A stretch of 64,000 nt of DNA from Adineta vaga. Its lineage: Eukaryota; Animalia; Rotifera. The notes beneath the pieces were generated by a model that worked only from the letters and a program-made list of their open reading frames with translations, had not been told where the DNA came from and ran no database searches. The translations under genes were made by a program, and so were the position numbers. Numbering within the stretch: the stretch's first letter is position 1; each line of letters starts with the position of its first letter. The DNA lies in the NCBI GenBank assembly GCA_021613535.1, contig CP075494.1:8556001-8620000 (forward strand), in the 5' to 3' direction. This document shows, piece after piece, positions 44,901-59,863 of this stretch.

Positions 44901-45009
44901 TATACAAAAATCTGATGGTTCAACTGGTTTTGTTCCATCTTCATATCTTCGTATTGATACACAATTACTTCTAACATCATCACAACAAATTGAATCTGGC
45001 CGTTTTTAA
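41983..45009 (+). CDS. F-BAR-HR1-SH3 protein of the CIP4/FBP17/TOCA-1 family
   Basis: First exon MINRSWGIELW|DQFD, ERxxxE-like DRCSVEDDYAKAL, QHEIIA, HR1 start FSNLPPAQRIRK, NPKFGD, SH3 motifs VLYDF..EDDHGDGWTRI..GFVPSSY. Confidence 0.92.
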
Positions 45010-45487
45010 AAATATTCACAATGCTTCTATTTGTGCTACTTATTTCCTTTTGTATTTTGTCGTTTTTCTGTACACAAACATACACGCACACACACACACA
45101 CACACATAGTGCCCAGCATCAATCCCAGTCAATAATGCATAATAGACATTAACATGTATGTGTATACAATGCCTGTTTTCCTAGTCAGACAACAGTTGAC
45201 CATCATAACAATAATCATCTATTCGTTAAACAGGCTGTCAGATATCTTGACATAATGAATGACTTTTTTTGCATGGATTTTTTTGACCTTTTTCCTTTCT
45301 CTTGTATATATTTATGGATATTTATATATATAAAATATATATCTTTTCGTTTTTTCTTTGTCTACCTCACGTGAACAGTATGCGAAAAAGAAAACTGAGC
45401 AAAGTTAAAACGAAATGATTTCCTATAAAGTCATCGGAAATAGTAGAGTTAGTTTGAAAGATTAGAATCTTTTCAGATTAGATCAAT

Positions 45488-47492
45488 ATGTTTAATTTTG
45501 GTTTGAGTACATCGCATAATACGAGTTTATTCGGACAATCAACACCAGTCAATCAAAATCGAAAAGAAAGCACGTTTTTGTTTGGAAATACAACAGCTAT
45601 ACCACCTTCAACACCGTTTTCATCGGCAAGTTTATTTGGTAAATGATAAAATTATGCCATTGACATCTTACTATATCGAATTCAGATGAATAGAACTAAT
45701 AAATAGAATTCTTTGTTTTTTTTTATTTAGCGGGGACAACATCAATTCTTCAACCATTATCACCTGAATCGACTACTTTTCCCAAATATCAACCAGCCAG
45801 TGGATTACATAAAGATAATCTTCAAACAACCTTTCATACAAAATTATCAGATGTATATCATCAAAAGAAAGTTTTCTCAAACTAACTGTTTTTCATTTCA
45901 TTTAGAATCTTCCTTTCAATGATCACAAAAAACTTTCTCTCTCATCTACATTCATAGTTACAACTACAAGTACAACGACAACAACTTCGTTTTCATTTGA
46001 CAGCAAACCCATCACTACATCAGCAATGGTATCCTTCAAACTAAACAATAGTTTTCTTGCTAATTTATTATTATTATTTAGACATTTTCATTTGGTACTA
46101 GCCAACCTTCAACGTCTCCCACTCTAGGCAACCTCCCATATGACTCATATTCGTTTTGATATGATTCAATTTTTTTTATAGGTAAAACGTCAACATTCTT
46201 TTCCACGACAACAACAAACACACCTTTCCATTTTCAATCATCGAAACCAGTAATTACATCATCGACGACGACGACGACTACTACGACTCGTAAGTTATTG
46301 CACAATTCTGAGGGTTTTTTTTATCGAATAAACGACATTTCATTCATAGCTGTTTTATTTTCAACAATGAAGCCATCGACAACGTCTGCTGTTGATTTAA
46401 AATTATTCCAAACAATGCTCAATACTCAACCATTCAATAAAGAATTAAATTTTCTTGCACGAAATCTTGAAGTAAGTATTTCAAATGATATAAAATTTAT
46501 TTATTTTTCATTTACTTATTTATTTTTAGCCGAATGTTAATCGTGATCGAGCTCGTCGTCTACGTACTGAATCGGAATCTACTACAACATTTCGTCCAAA
46601 GAAGAATCCATTTCTATCTATATTAAGTAAACCATCTGTTTTATCTACAACTTCAATTTCAACGAATAATTCTTCATCAAAAGCAACAAAACGAAAACTC
46701 GCTGATTCCTTCATTGACGATGATGACGTTAATGATCATGAAAAATATTTATTACTTACCGATCATAATCTTTCCTTCAAAACTCAAACATCAAAAATGA
46801 ATATCAAACGTCCACGCATGTTAGATATGAATAAAATTCGTTCGATTGTTCTTGGACATAATGATTCTATCAATGATACAACAATCTCAGAAAATCCTGT
46901 CGGATGGAAACAATATCCTACGTATGAAGAATATCTCTCAACAAAAAAATCAAATCATCAATTATGTCAGCTACCAAAATTAACACAGAAAGATTATTAT
47001 ACAAAACCAACAATTGATGAATTACGTTCATATTTTAATGAACAAGGTCAATGTTTTATTAAAGAATTTACTATTGGAAGAAAGCATTATGGTTCTGTAA
47101 CATTTCAAGGTTTACATATGAATTTAGCTGGTCTTGATCTTGATCGATTAGGTAAGAATATCGGAAATAAATATATGAATTTCATCTAAGCATTTTCTTT
47201 TTCCTCTTTTTTAGTTGAAATTGATCATCGTCAAGTAACTGTTTATCCAAATGAAAAAGATCGACCAGCTGAAGGTGAAGGATTAAATTGTCAAGCTCGA
47301 ATTTCTTTATTTGGTGTTTATCCAATTGATCGTTCAAAATCGAATAATGGTGAAGAAATTACAGATGCAAATCGATTAATTGAAATGAATTATAGACAAT
47401 ATTTAGAAGGCATGACAAAGAAATTTCATGGTCAATTCATTGATTATGATGTGGAAACAGGCACATGGACATTTGAAGTCGAACATTTCTAA
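45488..47492 (+). CDS. Nup98-like nucleoporin: few FG motifs, Thr/Ser-rich region, and a Nucleoporin2/autoproteolytic domain ending HF-stop
   Basis: FNFG/SLFG/FLFG/FSFG motifs. PKLTQKDYYTKPTIDEL, FTIGRKHYGSVTF, LDLDRLVEI..VTVYP..PAEGEGLN, FIDYDVETGTWTFEVEHF*. Confidence 0.88.
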
Positions 47493-48409
47493 TACTTTCA
47501 TTCATTTCAATATTCTATCTTTGTTTGACCTAAGGTCGATCTATTGTTTATTTTCTTCCGGTATAGGTTATTTCTTTCTAGACAAGATTTGTCAATTTGT
47601 TGAGATACTTTTTTTTGTATAAAGAAAACGTCAAATATATATGTATTTTTTTTTTGGTTCATGTCATACTAGATAATTTTTCTTTAATTAAATTTGAATA
47701 AAACTCAGATATTGTGGAGAAGACAAACATAGAATAATTCATGCTTTCAAGCCTACTCTATCAACACAAAACATGTGTTTTTGGTTATCTAGAAATATTA
47801 CTCATTCTGTGCTAATTAATATTTTTCTCAATGAATAAACATGAGAAGCTGTAGATAAAATAAATTGATTTTTATCGAATAGAAAACAATTTATTCCGCG
47901 CTATGAACCACATAAACATTGTTTTCATCAGTAGCTGCAAAGGAATTCTAGAATACAATTTCAGAAACAATATGTCTTATAGTAATTGAGATAGAAGAAG
48001 ACGTGAAGCTTTTTTTATTAAGTCAATTAGAAAATCACGCAAAAGGGATCATCCACTCCTACTAATCTCTCAAGATAAGTTTAATCTTCAACGCAACTAT
48101 ATTGCATTTGAAAATGTCAAGTTAAAATATCAAATAGTGTGCACATCAGATAATGCAGATGTTTCATACACCAGGCCATTGGGAAAGAAAAGGTGCTGAA
48201 AGTTTTTAATGAATTGAAATAATCGATTAGCGACATCTTTGAAAGATTTTTCAATTGGTTTACATCTTGACAACTACGTGAATAGGCAATAAGCTATTGC
48301 TGTTCTACACATGCTGATGTTTGGTAGATACGAATGTGAATTTCTTCTTTGTATTTGATTCCTTTTTATGTTTGATGTTTTTCGGTTTTAGAAACATCAA
48401 TGTAATAAA

Positions 48410-50569
48410 ATGTCGATAAATTTAAATATACCAGAAAATGATCCTTTCTCAAAAAAACAACCAATTCGTGCACATCGAAGACGTTTACAAGAATCATCAC
48501 GTCTTGGACAAAGAAATTTTCATCCGGAACTTGAAGCTTTACCATTATTAAAAGGTAGATATTAACTTTGATTGTTTTCTCGTAATTTCATTCTATTCAT
48601 TAGATACGCCTCCTGATCAACAAGATAAATTATTTGCTGCAAAATTAAAACAATGTTGTGTTATTTTTGATTTTTCGGATTGTGTTAGCGATTTGAAGAG
48701 TAAAGAAATCAAACGTGCATGTCTCAATGAAATTGTCGATTATATAACAGTGACAAGAAATTGTTTAACAGAGAATGTTTATTCCGAAGTGATAAATATG
48801 GTAAAATCGACTGTATGTGATGTATTTAATTTTTGAAGAAATTTTTCTATTTAGGTATCAATGAATCTCTTTCGAATTTTACCACCACTTGGTTCGGATA
48901 GTACTACATCGGAAGAAACTGGTGCAGAAGACGAAGAACCAACATTAGAAGCATCTTGGCCGCATACACAAATAGTCTATGAATTTTTCTTACGATTTTT
49001 GGAATCTCTTGATTTTCAACCGGGTATAGCAAAAAAATATATCGATCAAAAATTTGTCTTACAAGTAAAACGACTGTTAAATTTGTTAGATATTTTTCAA
49101 AGATGATTATTTCTTTAGTTATTGGAATTATTTGATAGTGAAGATCCACGTGAACGTGATTTTTTGAAAACAATTCTTCATCGAATTTATGGAAAATTTC
49201 TTGGATTAAGAGCTTTTATTCGAAAACAAATCAATAATATCTTTCTCAGGTATTTACAAAATTTTCTTTCGGAGAAAAACAAAACCAGAGTATACCGATA
49301 AGTCACCTCAATATTTTCTAATAGTATAAAGTAATATACATTTATGTAAAGGATATTCACTTTAGACGAGATTCTGATGATTTCCATGAATAAATGAGTC
49401 AAATATCCGGAGGTCTTAGTCTTTCTGAATGAAGTAGATAAACGACACATTAAATGATTTGATTCTTTTCAAAGATATATCTACGAGTATGAACGATTCA
49501 ATGGTATAGCTGAACTACTTGAAATTCTTGGAAGGTAACTTTGTTTTTCTCGAATTTCAATATGTATCTAGTGTTTTTCTTTATTAGTATTATCAATGGT
49601 TTTGCTGTACCATTGAAAGAAGAACATAAAGTATTTCTCGAACGTGTACTTTTACCATTACATAAAGCACATTCGTTAAATTTATTTCATCCACAAGTAA
49701 ATAAAATTCTAATCTCTTACTTAATTGTCTCATTCATATGATTATTATTCTAGTTAACGTATTGTATTGTACAATTTATTGAGAAAGATCCAGCACTTGC
49801 TGATCCTATTATTAAAGGTTTAATTAAATTTTGGCCCAAAACATGTTCAACTAAAGAAGTAGAATCGATTTTGAAAGAGATTTGATGTAAAAAAACATTT
49901 CTTTTAGGTTCTATTTCTGAATGAATTGGAAGAAATTCTCGATATAATCGATTCACAAGTATTCAAAAATATTTGCACAGGACTTTTCAAACAAGTTTCA
50001 CGGTCGGCGACATCCTCACATTTTCAAGTAAGTTCAGTAATCTTAATCATTCCCTAGATAGAATATAGTGAAAAGATTGGAGTATTGTTATTATAATACG
50101 TTCTCAACTACATTAATTTGACAATAGACATTTGCATTGTATTTATGAAGCGTACTTAAATCAATAAACAAATCTTATGAAAATTAATTTCCGACTTTTG
50201 TTTTTCAGGTAGCTGAACGTTCATTAGCTTTATGGTCCAATGAATATGTTGTGCAATTAATTGAAGAAAATTTAGACCAAATTTTACCGATTCTACTTCC
50301 ACCTTTATGTCGAATATCTAAAACACATTGGAATACAAATATAATTACTTTAACGTATAATTTATTAAAAAATCTCATGGATATCAATAAGAAATTATGT
50401 GATGACGTATTAAATACATTACGAGATGATGAACAAAAGTAAATACAAAATATATCTTTATAAATCTATTCTATTGAGAACATTTTCTAGATCAATAATC
50501 AAAGAACAAGATCGATCAAATTTATGGAAACGACTCGACAAATTGAGTTTAGATAAAAAACAAGAATAA
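48410..50569 (+). CDS. PPP2R5: PP2A regulatory subunit B56 (B')
   Basis: [93 protein letters not shown]. Confidence 0.96.
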
Positions 50570-51319
50570 CTTTCAATATACATGTTTTGCTTGCTGTGCG
50601 TTTGTTTGTAGTCCTTACGTTTTTTTCCTGGCAAAAACAATGCAAACGTGTGCCTACACATTTTTCTCACTCATTCATTCGCACATTTTCTATCTCTATC
50701 TCTCTCTCTCTCTCTGCTTTCTTTTTGCTCTTGTTTTTTTTCCAAATGCCTGACCCATGTGCCACATCAAACACTTGTTATTACTTGCAGAATGCATTTT
50801 GATAAAAACATTGAAGAAAACTTTACGCTGATTGTACAAATGAATTTAATTATTTACGTAGTTATCTTTATATAAAGTCGTAAAAAGACACTTGAAGATT
50901 TTGTCGTGAGAGTAAAGAACAACTGTGTGTTCTTTTGACGTGATTATTAATCTGAATTTGATTGAAACTTTTTTAGTTTTAATATTCATCACTGTCAAAA
51001 GTGTATTGCTTTTACCGAGAGATAAACTTTGACATATGTCCGATAGTTTACAAGGGGAGAAAAAAGTTAGGCTATGTCTTAGTTTAACTTTAACATGATA
51101 TCAAAAGATAATATCATATTTGATGAAAAATAACAAAATTGAGAATGATTAATGGACATTGTAGAGTATTAGTATCTTTAATGTAAAGAAATATCCGAGA
51201 ATCAATGATGATGATGATGATAGTGATTCGTATTCAATTTAATACTTAAATAGAAATAGATCTTAGATGAATACATAGATTTCTTAGAGAAAAAGTACAA
51301 CAATAGTTTCGATTGCCAT

Positions 51320-52125
51320 TTAACGAAATAGAATATTATAAAATAACATAACTGGAAAAACAATCGAGTAAGAAAATCCATTGGCCGAGCTCGGTTTCGT
51401 TGTCGGTACGATAGGTGTTGTAGTACCTTCCATATAGAATGTAGCAGTACCTTGGTTTGCATCAGAACATATTGACTCGTTTTTATTATTCGTATTACAA
51501 GCTGTTAGTCCAAAAACATCTGTTGAACCAAACACATAATCTTCAGTCATAACATAAGACAATGCATCACCGGGTATCTCGTTTGTGACTGGGTTTTGAT
51601 TACGCTTTAATCGATAATTATGAATAGGTCCAGCAGGTGTTGTAGGACGAAGCCATGATAGACGAACACGTCTAGATTCTAAGACAGGAGTAACATTTTG
51701 AGGAGGCGATGGTCGACCATAATCTGTTCGAAGATAGAGTTGTACATTTCTATCACCTTCCAGACAAATCAACTCAAATGAATATAATGTATCAGCTTGA
51801 AGATCAAGGACATTAACAGATCCTCGTTCTGGATTTTGAGAGGTGAAATTGACAAGAAATGTGCTACTTGATGTGTTACTTACTACTTCACACATACATT
51901 CTCTTGGTGAACAGTCTGTCACATTGATATATAATCTATCGAAACAAAAAAGATGATATTGAAAAGATGAGAAAATCATAGATTTCCTTACATAAGCCTA
52001 TCAGCTCCAACAGTTGATTGATTTCCACGTATAGGAATATCTGTGTATGCACCGAAAAAAGTAATTCTCGTTGCATAAGTTACTGTAATAAGTAAAGCAA
52101 ATAGAATTAGTTGGTGTCCTTGCAT
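51320..52125 (-). CDS. Secreted/GPI-type fibronectin type III domain protein, 2 exons
   Basis: Signal peptide MQGHQLILFALLITVTYA. FN3-like LQADTLYSFEL and PSPPQNV..VRLSWLRP..GPIHNYRL. Thr/Pro stalk and hydrophobic C-terminus PSSANGFSYSIVFPVMLFYNILFR*. Confidence 0.75.
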
Positions 52126-52724
52126 TTCTCTCTTTGTCTGACGCGAAAAAGCAAAATAATGATAAAAATATTGAATAACATGCTTTTTATCAGTGATATA
52201 TCGTAAGCAGATAGAGAGAAAATGTTTTATGTTGACACAAAACGGTGAGTAACCAAGAAACAATAACTGATAAAAAACATTTTGAAATAATTTAATCATC
52301 AGATTACTCATTCAACCAAGGACAAAGAACAACTAAACGAGATTATCTTTCAAAACAGATGTTTGATTTCGATAGGTCATTGTATTTGATTTATCTTCCA
52401 ATAGACAGATGAAAAGATGAAAGAAAATGAACAAATGTATATAAGAACGAGAAAAAATAACATACATAGTGAATATAAGTAGATCTTACTGTGAAAGAGG
52501 CATTTGCCAACACTTAAATGACCGTATGTTGCTTATGTTCGATGATAGAAGGAACGATGAACTCTTTCTCACCATCACAGAACGAGCAGAATAAACTACC
52601 TACCAATCTCTTCGTATGTATATATATATATATACATACTCATATGTATGCACATTTCTTTCTTTCTTTGATATTATTGTTATGTAAATATCCGAGAAGA
52701 ATAGTGTTCAAGTTGAGACAGTGA

Positions 52725-53643
<919 letters not shown>

Positions 53644-54524
53644 TTGAAAATAAATTCGAATATATATATTCAATAGCGATAGCATTTCCACCATATGTTC
53701 ATGCTTGATAATAGATTAAAAACAAGAAGAGAAACTGATGGATTTAATTGATTATGGTTCAGCTAACATGAATAAATATATGGTCGAGTGTACTCTCCAT
53801 TTGATCAGTCATTTGAAAGAACATATGACTTGTATTTGAGAAGATAAGAGTTAAGCAAGATAAGCATTAAATTGAACAAATAGAGTAAAAATCTAACTAA
53901 GAATTATAGTATTCAAGATTGACATAAGTTATTATCTACAAATTGCGATTAAAGTTAGATGCTAGGATAGTCGAATATAATCCAATGAATCATTAGTATC
54001 GTTTTTTATCCTATTAATAATCGATTAAATAGAGATAAGAGATAATTTTACTGAATAGTAATTACAAAAGATAATTCCATTTTGAAGGCCTTTAGTTAGT
54101 GAAGAAAATATTTCATGAAGGTGTTATAGACAAACACAAAACAATCTTTTGCAAGGTATGTCGTTTATTCAATGAAGGATAAAGATTTATACAAGAAATT
54201 TATGAGAAAGTTTTGTTCAATGTGCATAAGTTATCCATAAGAATCATTGAGAATTAGCAACAACCTCTTTCTTCATTTCAAATAGATGTCGTTAGTCGTT
54301 AATAGAAATCAATTATCTATTCAATTAAGTAACTTGTTTTGTCTATTGAGTTGTATTATTTTTGAATTTATTTTGATTTTCCTACGTTAGAAAAAGCAAA
54401 AAAGATATTTTTAAATATGAGTAAAATTTATTGATTGATTCTCTTGTACTTGTTGACAAAAAGGTCATTCATACATACATTCATTTATTCATTCTCTTCC
54501 TCTATCATTATTTTAAAGAGATTA

Positions 54525-56206
54525 ATGTCTTCAAGTTCAGTGCTGGATTTTGTTTCATCAACTTCTGCAGTTGTACAGGATGAAACATCGAATCAAAGTG
54601 TAGAAATTCCTGATCCACCAACACTGATTGTAACACATATTTCAACAAATAATAATACAAATAAACCAGCAATTAGTTCAGATAATAATTCTGATAGAGA
54701 TGAGAATGATAATGATAATGACGAAGAACAAGAAGGAGCAATACCAGTGAATATTACCTTCGATTGGATTGATGAACAAATGCGTGCTGGAGTGGATTTA
54801 CGTCCAATCCTGTCACGTCTCTTACCTGGCCTTCCCGATGATATATCGCCATCAGCACTATTTGAATTGCTTATGAACCTTTTTTTACCTGTACAACAAC
54901 GTCAAACACTTGAGCAATATAAAACACTTGATGATGCCGTAGAATTAATTCGAAAATGTAAAAATATTCTTGTTCTTACTGGAGCTGGAATTTCAGTTAG
55001 TTGTGGAAGTAAGTTTTTCTCATCCTTTCTACTGCTCTTAACTGACTTGATTCCATTCTAGTTCCAGACTTTCGTTCTCGCAATGGTATCTATGCTCGTT
55101 TACGTGAAGAATTTCCTGAATTACCTAATCCTACATCGATGTTCGATATCGAATATTTTACTCATGATCCTCGACCATTCTTTCGTTTTGCTAAAGAAAT
55201 CTGGCCTGGTCAATATCAACCATCGTTAGCTCATTATTTCATTGCCGAATTAGAACGTCGTAATCAATTACTCCGTAATTATACTCAAAATATTGATTCT
55301 CTTGAACATTTATGTCCGATTAAACGTCTTATTCAATGTCATGGATCATTTTCAACTGCAACATGTCGTCATTGTTATAATCGTGTGAATAGTGATGACA
55401 TAAAAAAAGAAATTCTACAACAAATTATTCCACATTGTCATAAATGTTCAAAGAATGTCAGTCAAGCAATACTTAAACCAGATATCGTTTTCTTTGGTGA
55501 ACCATTACCAGTTGATTTTCATAAAACAATATCAATTGATAAAGATAAATGTGATTTACTTATTGTGATGGGTTCAAGCTTAAAAGTATGTTTCTTCGAT
55601 TGTTTATTTTTTTCATTTTGAAATTTAATCGTTTTGCTATTTTAGGTTAAACCAGTTTCACTTGTTTCGGATCTTTTACCTGCACATATTCCACAAATTC
55701 TAATTAATCGAGAACGTTTACCACATAAAACATTTGATATTGAATTACTAGGCAATTGTGATTCGATTATTAATGAATTATGTCTTCGTTTAGCACGATT
55801 TGAACCATCATTCGGGCAAATCAAACAATTTAAATCACGTAATCATACATTAATGAATGAAATTCCCTATGAAAACTTACGTAGTTCAATGCAAAAGCAT
55901 AAGCGAAAAAAACCAAAATATTCTTCGAATACAACTTATGATTCATCTGTACCAAAAGAACGTTTATCCTCTCTTCGACCTCGATCATTTAAACCGACAC
56001 CAATTCCATCACCACCATCAACATCTTATTCTTCTTCACGTAAACGACCATTTTCTTCATTGAAAAATTCGACTCTATTCAATCCCGACTTATCTTATAT
56101 ATCTTATCCTCCACGACGATATTTATTTGCAGGTGCAGAAATCTATTTTTCATCATCTGAAGACGATGCAAGTGACGATGATTTACCCCGAAAACATACT
56201 GAATGA
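54525..56206 (+). CDS. SIRT1: NAD-dependent deacetylase, SIRT1 class, 3 exons
   Basis: LTGAGISVSCG|VPDFRS, LLRNYTQNID, QCHGSF, Zn CxxC..CxxC, KPDIVFFGE, GSSLKVKPV, INRE. C-terminal regulatory segment PPRRYLFAGAEIY. Confidence 0.95.
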
Positions 56207-56307
56207 ACATTTTTTGTCAATATGTTGTTCACCATTTATTTATACAATAAAACAGAAGTGACAAAACAAACTAGACAATATATCTGTTAAATAAATAAAC
56301 ATATGTG

Positions 56308-58177
56308 TCACGAGAAATCTCGATTTCGAAATACACATGGTGCAATAACTGACCAAAAGTATAAAAGAACGCATAGCCATGATGAAACAATTTTCACCCA
56401 AACAGCAGAAGTATTTTGATGGAAATCCGAAAAATTATGGATTGGTTTGAGCCAACTAAAAAAAAGAAGAAAGAAAAATCAGTAAAATAAAAGAAAAAGA
56501 ACGATCAGTCTTACTTTGTTAGTGTCATCATAAGATAGAAGGAAGCTAAGAAAAGCATCAAATGAAATAATGAATAATTATATGCGACAGAATCTTCTTC
56601 ATCGTCATAGCTTTTACCACCGTCTAATAAAAGATAATGAATAACGACATATGAAAAGACAAGAAAAACGTTTTGCTCACCAATTTTCGGTCGAGAATTT
56701 TCCATATCATCATTGCTAGATACTCCAAGTAGTTTTCCACTTGATGATTTTCTTGAACTTGTCATACTGAAATAAAATTCATATGATTTTCTCTCCAATG
56801 CACTGATTAAATCAAACTTACGCTGAATAAATAATTACACCGAAAAAAATAATCAATGCTATTATTGATGTAATCCCAATAGATCGGTTGCCTAGTGCAT
56901 TTAGATTAGTTGGATTACATATGGGATCTATACGAAATAAATTTGTTTTTCTTTATATAACACAAAACAAAAACAAAAAAAAAGAACAAATTATATTACC
57001 TGCTCTTTCACTTGTCATTGCTGACCATGTCAAATACATGACATAAACTGTCACGAATGATGATTGTAATAAACCTGATGTCGAATGATAATTTTGTACC
57101 ATTGGCAAGACAGATACAATGGAAATAATTAAACATAACAGAAAATTAAGGGTAATAAAAAATATATTGAGACTACATGTTGCTTTCGATGCATAGTAGA
57201 TATAAAGAAGTATAGTGGAAACAAGTGATATGAGATATAATGATGAAGTAAAAAATACAAGACCACAATAATGTTTTCGACTACCATCTTCACCTTTAGC
57301 AAGCCAATTTTCATTCCAACTAAGAAAATAATATGGGATTTTTATTTCTTCTTCTTATCAAAATAATATGTACCTGTGTGCAAAATCAACAATCAAAATC
57401 AATTGGATTAATATAAATATAAAACCACAAATACTTCCTATAATCATTAAAACTGAGAGAAAAAGATTAAAATGTTTCTTATTATTATTATTATTATCAT
57501 CATCTCAATTATTTACCCGTTGCAAATCCTCGATTTGGAATGAAAAACATTGCAAAACAAATACCAGTGATGATCAGCATTTTAAAAAACCAAAATCTAT
57601 TCAAAACAATATGCCTGAGGTTAATGAAAACATCCGTTTCTTTTTTTTTTGTTTGTTTCTATTACCCATTCTGTATTCCACTTCGAAAATCTTTCGATCG
57701 TTTCACACGTAACATAAATAACATCATTAGAAAGAAGAAACAAGCAAATGAAAATTGTATACGATAAACACTCATATAACCAACAATTTCTTCACAAGAA
57801 ATATGTCCTGAAAAGATTTCTTCATCATTCAATGTTTCATTTTTACATAGAGTTGGTATCTAATTATTCAAAAGAACGCATATTCATTCTTTTTTTTAAC
57901 AATAGACTTTTCTTTTCTGACCTTGGTTAAAACTCTTGTCAGATCAGGCATTAAAAATATACCGGAAATGATTGTACTAATTAATAAAAGCAATCCATAA
58001 GCTAAACGTGTTATTAATGAATTACGCGTTGACGGACAGCAAGCACAGCAAAGACTACAAGCAGTTGAACCAAAACAACAACCAAACTAAGGAAAAAAAA
58101 AGAAGTTGAAAGAATTTCTTTGGAATAAACAAGAACAATATCTGTTGAGAACTTACGATGCCAAGAACGCAACCCAT
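56308..58177 (-). CDS. SERINC: SERINC/TDE membrane protein, many exons
   Basis: MGC start, CCFGSTACSLCC, CGY..VYRI, QNGFWFFK, LIVDFAHSWNE, SGLLQSS..YLTWSAM, YNYSLFH..LASFYLMMTLT.W, WVKIVSSW, RNRDFS*. Confidence 0.93.
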
Positions 58178-59863
58178 GTTCGTCGTTTTCCGTTCTCAAT
58201 CTAAAAATGACGATGTCAGAAACGTCTTTCATCACATATTATTTAAGTAAATGAATCAGATTCTTGGTCTTTAGACGATTATTTATTTATTCTTTGAGCT
58301 ACTACTGCGTGACTGAATCAATTTTGACGTGAGTGGAAGTCTACACAAGAGGGCGCTGATGAACAGCACGGATGAGGAAGAAGAAGAAGAAGAAGAAAAA
58401 AAACTGCAAAAGCAAGCATATAATTTCATATTCTCGTTGATTATATTAATCAAAATACTAAGGCAGAAAAGAAAAAAATGATCTTGCCTACAAGAATTAA
58501 TCCTTCTATTATATCCGGATTTGTATGTCAAAAGTAACAGGAAATATATAAATCGAAAAGAAGAAGAAAAAAAAAGTTCATAGAAATAGAAAGAGAACAC
58601 TCGTCGAAGTGTTTGATATTTTTCGAAAGAAAAGATAAGCAGTTATATTTTCGAAGATAAGAATATGATTCTTTTGATTAAACGATATATCAAATTTATC
58701 TTGAATAAATGATTTAATATTATGATTTTAGATAAGTCAGAGAATATTTCTAATTGTCTTTAGACTTCGAGATATAAATTTTGTATTGTGACTGTATTGC
58801 TCTCGGAAAAATTGATATATAATTAATAACATAATGAATTATCAAGAATAGCAAATGAAATGAGTAGATTTTAGACAAATTTAATCGAGATTTTTCATGT
58901 TATTGTGGTTTTGCTCTTTAGAATATGAAAACCACAAGATGAATAGTTTTGTTTAACAAATGAAAAAACAAATTGAACTGAAAGATAAACAAAAATATTT
59001 TGAAAAATTTCTTTTATTCTCAATAATATAAACTCTTGTTATTATTAGACACATACATCACGTTTACTTTTTCGATTTCAGTTTAAAATACATCTACCGA
59101 AAAGATTCAATAATTAAGTGTTTATGTGGTTTGGTCATGCTGTTTTTCACTTGTTTTTCTACCTTGATACACTTTCATTCTGATCGATATTTTCATGCAT
59201 TGTAAATAAGCATTTTCTTCATTCGATTTTGAAGATATTATTGACAAGGTTACTATTTCGGATGAAACTCTTTTTCAAATTTCAAATTGCACATGAATTC
59301 AGTAGAATTTATTAGAATTGATTCGTAAAATTTGTTCGATATTGATCAAAAAAAACAAAGATAAAATCTTCTTCCTCTCATTTACAGGATGTTATGTTTT
59401 TTTCCTTCGAACTCGTGCAAATCAACTTCTAATTTATTTACCATTATAAAGAAATCATATAAATTAACGTTACCGTACGGTATTCACTTATCATAATATA
59501 ACCTAAACAATCATTAGAATAACATTAAAAAAATCAATTCAAAAACATGCACATTAACGATTGGTTGCTGGCAAGAGAAAAAAAAACGTTTTCCATCAAA
59601 TATTATTGTTTCATTACCTATCGAAAAACTCTTGCCCATTGATTATTTACTGAAGAACATTGAAATTAATTTCGTTTTTTTCTAATTTTCACATTTTATT
59701 TTTCTTGTTCTCAATTCGATGATCATCATTCCTTATACATTTTTATTTTTTCGATTTATAAAATTCTTCAATCTTGTGTTTATAAGTTTTCTTCCTCTTG
59801 CCAACAAAAAAATAATAACGGCCGATTGTTTTTCTTTTATATACATTTTGCAAAAAGATATTT

